32,000 bases of DNA from NCBI GenBank assembly GCA_965224465.1, contig OZ245049.1:3390001-3422000 (forward strand). The letters run 5' to 3'. This document shows, one piece after another, positions 1 to 12,000 of the stretch (within the stretch, counting starts at the first letter, position 1; every line of letters starts with the position of its first letter). This stretch comes from Flavobacteriaceae bacterium (lineage in GTDB: Bacteria > Bacteroidota > Bacteroidia > Flavobacteriales > Flavobacteriaceae). A program made the position numbers and the translations under genes. The notes under the pieces are model-generated. The model was given only the letters and a program-made list of their open reading frames with translations. It was not told the DNA's origin and did not search any database.

Positions 1-1
1 T

Positions 2-3000
2 AAATTTGAACGAGAGGAAGTGATGTGTTCTGGGTCTTTAGTCTTAACCGCAGGTAGTGGTTATGCTTCTTATGTTTGGAGAAATCCTTTAGGGCAAATA
101 ATACCAGGGGCAAATAGTCAGACTTATACAGTGAATAGTGTAGGGATTTATACCGTTGAGAAAACTGCCAATGCACCTTGTGTAGATGCAACAGAAATCA
201 TTACGGTTGTTCTTAATAATGCTGGTTTTGAAAATCCCTTAATTACTCAGGAAGTAAATGGAGATTTTAGGTATGTAGATGCCGTAAAAACATGTCCAAA
301 CAATGGAATACAATTAGCGGAAATCTATTTATGTGGAACAGAAAGCACTAAAGATATCGTGTTGAATGTTTTAGGTGCTGAAGAAATTAATTGGCAAAAG
401 TTAGACAGTAACTTGGAAGGAGATGCGTTTGCTGATTGTCCCAATGTTGGAGCATCGAATACTGAATGGACAACCGTTGGTACAGGAAATTCTTTTAGTG
501 TAAATGACGCTGGTGAATACCGACTCGAAATTGTCTTTCAAGGAGGGTGTTTTGTACGTTATTATTTCAATGTTTTCAAATCTACAGTGAAGCCTGATAT
601 TGTATCAAAAGATATGTTTTGTGGTGCAGATGGATCAATTACTATTAACAATATCGATACTAACTTATATGAATTCAGCGTTGTCCCAGATGGGCAATTG
701 CCAGGAACTTTTAGTTCCATAAATACCTATCCCATAAGTACACCTGGTGATTATACGGTGTATTACCGTCAAATCGGTGCTTCTCCATTGGCTTGTGTTC
801 CTAGCATTGATAAGATTCATATTTTTAAAAGAGATATTGATGTGGACGTATTTCCATCAGTTATACAATGTGAAGGAGCTAAAGGATCCATTCGAGTGCA
901 AGTAAACAATGTTTCTGGAAACTACTTTTTTGTATTAAAAGATAAGAATGGAGATGTTGTAGGTAAAATTGATGATTCAGAGGTTAATGACCAAAACTTC
1001 GATGGTTTAGATGCTGGTTTTTATCAAGTAATTGTGACCACGCCAGAATGTTCTCAAACAATAAACGATATTGAAATAATAGAACTAGCACCCTTAAAGC
1101 TTACTGCTGTTGTTTCACAGAATATTTCTTGTAAAAAAGGAAAAATTAAAATGAGCTCTACAGGTGGGAAACCACCATATAATTATGCCATACATAGTTA
1201 TATGTTAGAGGGTGATATAGGATGGACTGTTGTCAATCCGTTAGGTTATCAAACAAGTCAAATATTTGATATTCCCTTAAATGGAGCAGGTGTTTATAAA
1301 TTTATTATGGTTGATGATAATTTGTGTACCACTGTGTCCAATGAGGTTCAAATTATTTTGGAACCTAAGGTTGCGTATACAATTTCAAAAACTGATGTCA
1401 AATGTAAGGGGTCTTCTACGGGAACCATTACCATAAATCTCCCAAACAATCTAAAAGGAAATGCTTTATCCTATGCATTGGATGATGGGATTGTAGGGAA
1501 TGGAGAATATGACGCCATTCTTGCTGATGGATCCTATGATGATGCCGTTTTCTCACCTTCAAATACTTTCTTAAATATACCCGCAGGAGATTATGTTTTA
1601 ATTGTGCGTATTCAAAAAGGAAACGCTGTTTGTTATTTCCCGCAAGATATTCAGATTTTAGAGTCTGAAAATCCTATCGCAGGGAAACTTAATTTACAGA
1701 AAGACCTTTTATGTGGTGAGCTAGGAGAGCTTGTTATTATGGATTTTGTTGGTGATACCGTACCAGGAGGAAAAACACCCTATACGTATTCGATTGATGG
1801 TGTGCTATTTGTTTCTTCAAGTTTGTTTTCTAACCTTACAGAAGGAACGTATTACGGATATATTAAAGATGCGAGTGGTTGTATTTTTAAAACCAATCCA
1901 ATTACTTTACAAAAATTAGATCCTCCGACGGAGCTTTCGTTTAACAATACTGCAATTACCTGTCCTTCGCTAACAACCAATCTTACGGTGAATGTAACGG
2001 GGGGTATAGGAAATCTTGTCTACGAAATTATTGCACCTGCTGCTGCTGTTACCAATAATGGAAACAACAATGTGTTTACAGGATTATTGGGAGGAACTAC
2101 GTATACTATAAAGGTAACGGATGAAAAAAATTGTTCGTTCGATGATGATTATACGCCTAAAGAGATTACAGAAATTTCTGTTACTGGAACTGTTGATAAT
2201 GATGTAAAATGTAAAGGAACAGCATCAGGAAAGGCGACATTTACTGTTACTGGTTTTAATGGAACCTATAGCTATTCTATGGATGCGGGTATTTCAGTTA
2301 CGGGACAAAGTACTCCTAGCATTGTATTTAATGCACTTACAGATGGGGATCATATCTTAACGGTGACCGATGAAACTACGAATTGTGCCGATTCCTATAC
2401 TGTTTCCATTTCCGAATCAGTACTTGCGAGTACGATGTCTTTAAAATTGACACCTATTACTTGTAACAAAAATGCAACGATTACAACAACCGCTTCTGGT
2501 GGTTGGGGAGGATTTCAATATCAATTAGAAACCTCTACAGGGACCATTATAACTGCTTATAATAATAACCCTACATTTATAAATGTAAGCCAGAACTCTT
2601 ATAAAGTGTTTGTGAGAGACTTCTCTGGATGTGTTATAACTAAGGATGTTACTATTGCGTCTGCAATTGTGCCTACAGTTAGTATAACAGCAGATACGGA
2701 ATGTTATACTCCAACGGGGAAAATTACGATTACTGCTGTGGGAACAGGAACTGGGCCATTGCGCTATTCATTAGATGGAGGGAATTTTCAAAATACGCCA
2801 ATATTTGCTAATGTGAATCCCGGAAATCACAGCGTTAGGATTGCCGATAAAAATGGTTGTGAGGCAGTTTCAAATGTGTTAAATGTTTCACCTGAACTTT
2901 CTTTGAGTGTTCAGTACCTCAGTATTCGAGCTTGTGATAATACCACAAACGTTACTGTTACTCCTACTGGAGGTGATGGTACATATAGGTATGCTATTGT

Positions 3001-6000
3001 AGCTACTGGTGTAATTCCTGTAACTGCGGATTTTAGTACTACCAATCCAATAGTTACTGGTATAGGCGATTTTGATGTCTATGTAAAAGACGGTAAAGAA
3101 TGTGCTGTTTTTAAAACAATTAATGTAATCAAAGATCCGGTATTAACTGTATTTGTCAATATAAGCCCTATTTTATGTAGTGGAGACGTAGCAACACTTA
3201 CAGCAACAGGCGCTGGGGGTGAAGGTCCATATACATACCGTTTACTAAATGCGGTCTTGTCTTCTATTAGACCTACGCAAAATAGTCCTGTTTTTAATGG
3301 TGTTTCTGCAGGGAATTATATTGTTCGTGTTACAGATAATAGATCATGTACGGCTGTTTCAACAATGGTGGTTGTTACAGAACCAGAATTTTTATCAGCT
3401 GCGGCTGGAGTTATTGATCTTGTATCCTGTAGTAGTAATGCTACTGCAGAAGTACGGATTGCAAATGCTACAGGAGGAACTCCTTTTCCATCTCCATCGC
3501 CATATCGTTATAGTTTTGATGGTGGATTAACTTATGGTACATCCAATGCTCAGCAATTACCTGTTGGTAGCCATACAGTATTTGTAAAAGATATAAATGG
3601 GTGTAGATTCCCGATGGAAGTAGAAGTAGCTGCTGCTCTTACACCTCCCGATTTTACTACGGGTGCTGGTATGTCATACAATTGCTCTGGCTCAGGTATT
3701 TTTACAGTTAGCCCTATAGATCCAACTCCTTTGTTTAGTTATACCTATTCTATAGACAATGGGCCTGAATTGATTCCATCTCCAGGAATTAACTATACTT
3801 TTACGGGGCTTACACCAGGGAATCACATCGTGCAAATGAACTATACTTCTTTGGTAACTCCTACAAAAAGTGTGTTGCTAAAAGAATCTTTTGGTTCTGG
3901 GGTGAATACTGCGATTCCTAATATCGATTCTAAATATTGTTATGAACCTCAAGATGGTACTGGGGCGTGCCCTGGCATATCTATTAATGATGGAGAATAT
4001 TGCGTAACACAGCGTGTTGTGGCTCCATTTGGATCTTGGCTTAGTCCCAATGATCATACAGGAACTCCAAATGGAAGGTTTTTGGTGATTAATGTAGGTG
4101 GAACTGCGGGGCTTAATGGTGTTATTTACCAACAAGCGGTTACCAATGTTATTCCAAATAAAAATATTACGATTCAATTATCTGCTTTTAATCTTTTAAG
4201 GACTGGAACATCGGGAGGTGATCCTAGTATCACTATAGAATTAGCGGATGCTTCAGGAACAGTTTTGTTAGATGCATCTAACAATCCTATTAAAGTAGGT
4301 ACTGGATTTATTCCTAAAAATACAGGGGTAGATGATTGGATTGATTATACCTTAAATTTAAATCCTGGTTCATACACCGCTTTTAATATTGTAATCCGTA
4401 CAAAATCCACAGTGATAAATGGGAATGACATTGCCATAGATGATATAACTGCTTTTCAAGAACCTAACCAGTGTTCTACTACTACCGAAATTCCTTTTAC
4501 GGTCGAAGTAGGTAAAGCTTTTAATGTGTCTACCAGTAGTTTTACAGATGTTATTTGTAATGGTGGAAATACGGGAAGCATCACTGTTCAAGTGAATAAT
4601 TTTGATGCATTTGGAAATGGGTATAGATATAAGGTGGATGCTGGTACTTGGAGTACTGCTCAGTTCTCAAGCCCTTTGACAGTGTCTGGCTTAGATGCTG
4701 GTTCGCACACCGTGTATTTTGAGTATATAAATATAGATAACACTACGGATTGCGCAACATCCATTACAGAAATTATAAATCAACCTACGGCGGTGGTTGC
4801 GAGTGCAAGCATTACAGGAAACAAAACCTGTACCAATACTGGTGCTACCATTACTGCAAGTGCAGTAGGTGGTGCGGGGTCTTATCAATATCAATTAGAA
4901 AATTCTACAGGAGGTGTAATTACCGCTTATCAAAGCTCAAATATATTTACCAATGTAGCTATTGGTACTTATAATGTGCATGTAAAAGACACCTATAATT
5001 GTGATGACGTAACAGATACACAAATAAACATTCTTGATCCAGCTACCATCGTATTTGATTTGGTGGAAACCAATTGTTACGCGGGTGATAATAATGGAAG
5101 TATTGCTGTTACGGTAACTGCCGGAAATGGTACTTATGAGTTCAGTAGGAATGGTACTTCTTTTTATAGTCCAAGTCCATCTACTGCTGTAACATATACT
5201 TTTGAAAATTTAGTTTCAGGAACTTATACTATATATGTTCGTGATCAATATGGGTGTTCAACCTCTAAGGATGTTACTATCGAATCTTCACTATCCGCAT
5301 CGGCATTATTAGTCAAGGATATTGAATGTACACTTCCAATTGAAGGTCAAGTTAATATTACTGCGAATGGAGGTGCTGGAACTAACACGTATGAATGGTC
5401 TAATGATAGTGGTGCAACATGGAATAATTCTAATATTTCTCTAGGAGGAAACTTTACGTATGCTACTGCTGGGACCTATATATTTAAGGTTACGGATGCT
5501 TCAGGATGTGAAGTAACCACCAATAGTATTGTCCTAGCTCCTGCAATTCAACCTGAATTTACACTAAGTCCTACGGATGTGCAGTGTAATGGGGCTACTT
5601 CTGGTGCTATTGATGTTTCAATTGACCCATCTAAAGGATTGGCACCGTTCTTAATTAATGTGTATAACACCACTTTAAGTCAAGATTTCGGAACTCAGAC
5701 AATTAACTTACCTGCGGGTATCTATAATGTTACCGTGACAGATAAGAAAGGTTGTTCTAATACTAACAACATAACTATTAATCAGCCGAACGTGTTATCT
5801 GCCACTATTGTTATAGTTCCAATAGCGTGTGTTACAGGGAGTGTGAATAGTACAGGTAGTATTGAGGTTAATAGTATTACGGGTGGAACTGCGCAATATA
5901 CAATTGATATTTCGAATACTTTTGGATATTCGGACTCTTATACCACTACAGCTAGTGAAAACCATATCTTTACTGATTTGAGTTTTGGACATTATACCAT

Positions 6001-9000
6001 TGTAATTACAGATGCAAATGATTGCGAACTTATAATAACAAATCAAAATATGTCTTCGCCTCCAAATGCGTTAGATATTGATGTTTCTTTGGCGACTGTA
6101 GATTGTGTGACAGGTGGTACGGCTATTGTTACTGTGGGAGCCACCATTCCAGGGCTTAATTATCGCTTTGGGATATTAACTCAAACTACCGTTCCTTATG
6201 CTACCGTTTTTCAACTTGCTGATGTTACAACTCCTAGGATATCTACATTTACGGGCTTAACGCCTGGAGTAATGTATACTTTTGTGGTACAGGATTTGAC
6301 GAATTTGTGTTATTACTTTAAACAGCTTACTGTTCCAATTGATTCTCCTTCAAATATTACTTCAACGGTTACTTCATACCCAGTAACATGTACAGGAAGT
6401 GATGATGGTACATTTGATTTTACAGTAAAAAATTATGCGATTGGAGCGACTTCTGTAGATTGGATTGTAAAAAATGTATTTACAAACACCAACTACACGC
6501 CAGCAATTAGTGGTATTCTTAACGTGAATGCTCCGGCTCCTGGAATAGGAGTTGCCGTTACAGGACAAGGTCTTTTACCTCCTGGGAAATATTATATATT
6601 ATTTACAGAAAATAATGGTGCTAATACTGGGTGTACCCAAGCATCTATAGATTTTGAAATAAAAGAATCACCAAAATCACTTGAAATTATAGCTTCTCTT
6701 GACAAAAATGCAAATTGTTTGGAACTAGGAACTGTGAAAGCACTTGCAAAGTTTGGGACTCCTCCTTATACCTATCAAATACAATTGAGTACGGATGTAA
6801 CTCCAACGCTTGCGACATGGACAGGAGTAAATACCAATGGTGTGTTTGATAAAACAGCTGGAACTTACAGGGTATTTGTAAAGGATGCTTTTAATTGTAT
6901 CCAAGGTTCGTTGGATGTGATTGTTGGCTTAGATCCTTCACCTGCCATTACGGCAACATCAGATTATACGGGCTGTCCTAGCGAAGGTAACTTTAAAGTA
7001 AGTATCAATTTGGATACTGCGGGAATACCACCTTATACCATTCAGATTAATGGAGGGGCTAAGCAAAACATTCCTGTTTCGTTTACTAGTGCAACGCCTT
7101 ATGTTATATCAGGACTCAGTTCAGGGAACAATACATTCCAAGTATTTGATGCCAATGGATGTAGTGAAGCTGTTGCGGAAAGTGTAACTATTGCACCGCC
7201 ACTTGAATTCAATGTGTCGATCTCTAAACTATTAGATTGTTTAGCGTCTCCTAATGCCGAAATAACAATTACTGGTTTAGTAGGATCTGGATCTTATACC
7301 TACGAAATTGTAGGTGTGGAAGCAGCGGCAAATAGTCAAGTTGCAGGTACGCCTTTAGGCTTACCAACTACAATTTGGACCCAAGCGAATATTAAAAGTG
7401 AATATAAAATTATTATTACGGATGTCAATACAACCTGTTCTGTTTCTAAATCCGTATTTGTACAGGATAAAATACAACCTGTTGTGGATCATTCCCAAGG
7501 AACAGATGTTACCTGTAGTGGGGCTGACAATGGAAGCATCAGTATTACAGCTCAGGACAATGGTATTACACCGTTTACCTTTGCAATTACGGCGCCTCTA
7601 CCAATTGCAGCTACTACTTCGAATGGTTTAACCGCTACTTTTGATAATTTACAAGGAAGTGTTACGGGAATAACTTATACGATTAGCATCACAGGTGCTA
7701 ACGGATGTGTGACTAATAAAACGATAACTATAAAAGAACCAAGTCCTGTTACTATCGATCAAATAGATATGATTCAGTTTGGATGTGCAACTGGAAATAC
7801 ACCTAATAAAGCTAGTATTACTGTAGCTACAGTAAGTGGCGGTAATGGAGGTGGTGTTGGCACGTATTCTAGAATAGTATTTGAGAATTCTGACGGACTT
7901 GTGGTGCAAGATGGTACCAGCAATACGTTGAATATACTGTACAATATGACGACCAATACCTATACTGTTGATATGGGAGCAACTACTCCTGGACAGTTTA
8001 CTATCAATGTATATGATAGCAAGGGGTGTATGGCTACAAGTACAAGAACAATTTTGCCTTTTGATGAGATTAATAATGTGACCGTTAGTGTTTTAGTGCC
8101 AGTCTCTTGTGTGAATGCAGGGGAGAATATTCAAATAAATGTGGATTCTTCTAATAGTGACCCTACAAGATTTGAGTACTCAGACGATAATGGAGCAAAT
8201 TATCAAGCTTTAAATCAGTTTACTGATTTAGCAATTGGAATCCATTATTTTCTAGTGAGACATAAGGATACAAAATGTGTATATCCTATAAGTCATCAGG
8301 TGAAAGAACCTAATATATTTACGGCTAAAGTTACTATTGTTAGTCAAGTAAATTGTAAGGGGACAGTGACAGGTGAAGTTACTTTTGAATTGGTTGATGC
8401 TTCGTATGTAGGAGGGTATAATTGGGAGATATTTGATGCCAAAGGCACCTTAACAACTGATGCAGATGATACTTCTGTAGACGTTGGGGCTGAAATTACA
8501 AATGTACCCACAGGAATTAGGAATATAGCCGCAGGGTCTTATTATGTGGTTCTGACACAAGCAAACATACCGACTTGTTATAATAGAGTCTATTTTACAA
8601 TTACCGAACCTATTTTAGGTGTGTCTGGAACGCGTACCAGCAATCCGGTCACCTGTGTTGGAAATGACGGTGCAATAGCAATTACGCCAAAAGGTGGATG
8701 GGGAGGTTATCAATACTATGTAGGGTCATTGGCTCCAGTTGCCGCAGGCTGGGTTTCAACGTCTTCTTTTACGGGCTTGAATACAGGTACGTACCAAGTA
8801 TGGCTTAGAGATGCATCAGGATGTGAGGTACAATTACCAGATGTTGATTTGAAAATCCCTACAGCCATTACCGCTACGTTAGTTGTTGCCAATCAAAATT
8901 GTTTAGGAGCAAATGGAGCCGTTGAGGTGACTGGAGTTGCTGGTGGAGACGGTGTTGGTTATGTATATCAATTGTTTAGAAATGGAATCCTGTTAGGTGC

Positions 9001-12000
9001 TTCACAATCAAGTCCTGTTTTTGGGAATTTGACTGCGGGTAATTATCATGTAGATATTACGGATTCTTGGGGATGTACTGGAACAACAGGTGCAGACATT
9101 CAATTATTTGAGGTATTAGTTCCTAGCATCACCATTGATAAAGGACTTGATTGTACAGCCAGTCCTGGGGGGTCATTTACGACTTCTGTAACAGGTGGTT
9201 CAGGTAGTTTTAACTACGTGATAACCTTCCCTGATACTTCAACACGTACTAATCCTACTGGTGTCTTTACAAACTTAGGACTTGCTGGAACATATACGAT
9301 TGTTATAAAGGATACTCAGACCAATTGTAGCACTATCGAGAAGGAAACTTTAGTTGTTCCATCTACGGTTGTGTTGCTCCCTTCTTCTGTAACAGATGTA
9401 AAATGTTTTGGAGGTAGTGATGGTGTAATTACTGTAAATATGAATGTGCCAACAGCGACTACGAATAACGAACCTGTTTATACCTACCAAATTATAGCGG
9501 GACCTCTACTTGTAGCGCTTCAAAATAATCCTGTTTTTGCGGATTTACCAAAAGGAACCTATACGATTCGTGTTGTTTCTTCTAAAGGATGTATAGCTAC
9601 CATAACGGAAGATGTTAATGAGCCTGTTGCTTTATCAGTAGCGGCATCAGCAACTACGTTTGCTTGTACTTCTAATAACTTAACAAATACGGTGCTTTTA
9701 ACTGCGGTTGCAGCGAATGGTACTGCGGACTATGTATACAGTATTAATGGAGTAGACTTTAAAAGTTCAAATACCTTTGATATTGTAGATACAGGAGTGA
9801 TTCAAAGCATTACGGTAACGGTAAAAGATGCCAATGGTTGTATTGCAACGACTTTGGCTCCTGTTGTTATCGATCCATTACCTACTCTTATAAGTGTTAC
9901 TGTAACTCAAGTGATAGCAATTACTTGTAGTAATCCAGAAAATGTGCTGGTGACTGTAGTTGGTGGTTCGGGTAATTTCACCTATGAATTACTACCTATA
10001 GGAACAAATACAAAGGTTATAGTTAGTCCAACACAAAATTTTGACCTTCCAAGCGTAGGTACTTATACGTTTAAAGTGATTGATAATGTTACGGGTTGTT
10101 CCATCGTATCAATTCCTTATATTGTAGATTCGTTTGATGTTATTTCCGTGGAGGCAGTTGCGACACAGGCTTCTCAATGTTTTGGAGACACCAATGGGGC
10201 ATTAGAATTTAAGGTACTTAATTACACGGGTAATTTCTCTTGGATTGTCACAAACACAGCAGGAACGGTGACTCTTACTGGAACTGGAAATACAGCGAGT
10301 AATCCGATAGCGGTACCTAATTTAATAGGTGGAAGCTTTAGTGTTTATGTGAAAGCTGATGACCCTGCTTTTTGTGATACTTTTAGCAATGTAATAACCA
10401 TTCTTTCTCCAAGTGATGCACTCTCTTTAAAATTGAATGTATCCCATAAGGAAACATGTGATCCTGGGAACGATGGAGAAATTACAGCCATAGGAGATTA
10501 CGGATGGGGAACTTACGAGTATCAGTTGGAATTGGGAGCTACCATTGTTGTTGCTTACAGTTCTGGAAGTGTATTTAGTAATCTTAATGCGGGAGTATAT
10601 ACAGTAAGAGTTAAAGATATAAATGATTGTTCTATTTCTAAAGATATAGAAATTAAGCCAGCACTTCCTATTGCTGCCACAGCAAGTGCAAACAGCCTGC
10701 TTTGTTATGGAGATTTAACAGGAGTAGTTACTGTAGTTGCCACAGGGGGACAAGGACCAGGGACATATGTCTATAGTTTGATTGATGCAGGTGGGAACCC
10801 GTCTGCTTACCAGTCGAGTCCAGTATTCTCTAATCTTGTAGCAGGGACTTATACGGTATTGGTTACGGACGATTTGTCCTGTGAGGTGACTACCTTACCA
10901 GTTACTATTGTTGCGCCGCCTATTGTGGTTGCATCCGTAAGATTGACAACAACACTTTCATGTACTGTTCCTGGTGTGATTCAGGTTTCAGCTTCTGGAG
11001 GAGATGGAGGTCCTTATACCTATAGTAACGATGGTGTTACCTTTGGTACTGTTAATTCATTTACAGTGTCTCCAGGAGTGCCTACCACGTATCAATATTT
11101 TGCAAAAGATGCCTCGGGGTGTATCTCGAATGTGTCAAATGGTATTACGGTGCATCCAATTACTCCTTTAAAAGTGATTATTGATGCAGTAAATGCAACC
11201 ATTAGTTGTAATGGAGGTACGACTGCTGTGATTTCTGCGATAACATCTGGTGGAATTGGGAATTATAGCTACGAATTATTAAACGCGAATGATGTTGTAT
11301 TAGACGGCCCTCAAAATTCTAGTATTTTTACGGGACTAGGAGCTGGGGTATACAAAGTACGTGTGAACAGCTTTGATTGTCAACAAGTATCTGATCCAAT
11401 TACTTTAAAGGATCCAAAAAAGTTACAATTAAATGAGAGAGCAGATTTCACAAATATAACTTGTTACGGAGAGGTTGATGGATCTATTACAGTACATGCC
11501 GTTGGAGGTACAGGGAATCTAGTTTATAGTATAGACCAGAGTAAATATGTGAACAGTAATATATTCAAGGGCTTAAAAGCAGGTATGTATACGGTAACGG
11601 TTCAGGATGAAAATGGGTGTTATATCAATCAAGATATAACGATTGTGGAACCGATACTATTAGAATTTGATTTCGGATTGATACAGCAAGAAAAATGTGC
11701 CAATGATAAAGACGGTAGCATAGAAGTTATTATTACTGGTGGTACTGCTCCTTATCGTACCAAGTTAAATGCTGATGGAGTATTTGTGGAAGGTAAGATG
11801 CTGTATGATAACCTGGAAGGCGGACATGTGTATGTTGTTTATTTGGAAGATAGTTCAGGCTGTGTTAAGAACTTAGTTGTTAAATTAAAAACGCCTGTAG
11901 ATTTGGAATTTGGAACCATTATAGATTATGGTTGTGATGGAAATACTAAGATTGTTGCTTCTGTAGCGCTACAATATAAAAATGAGGTTAGCTATATCAT

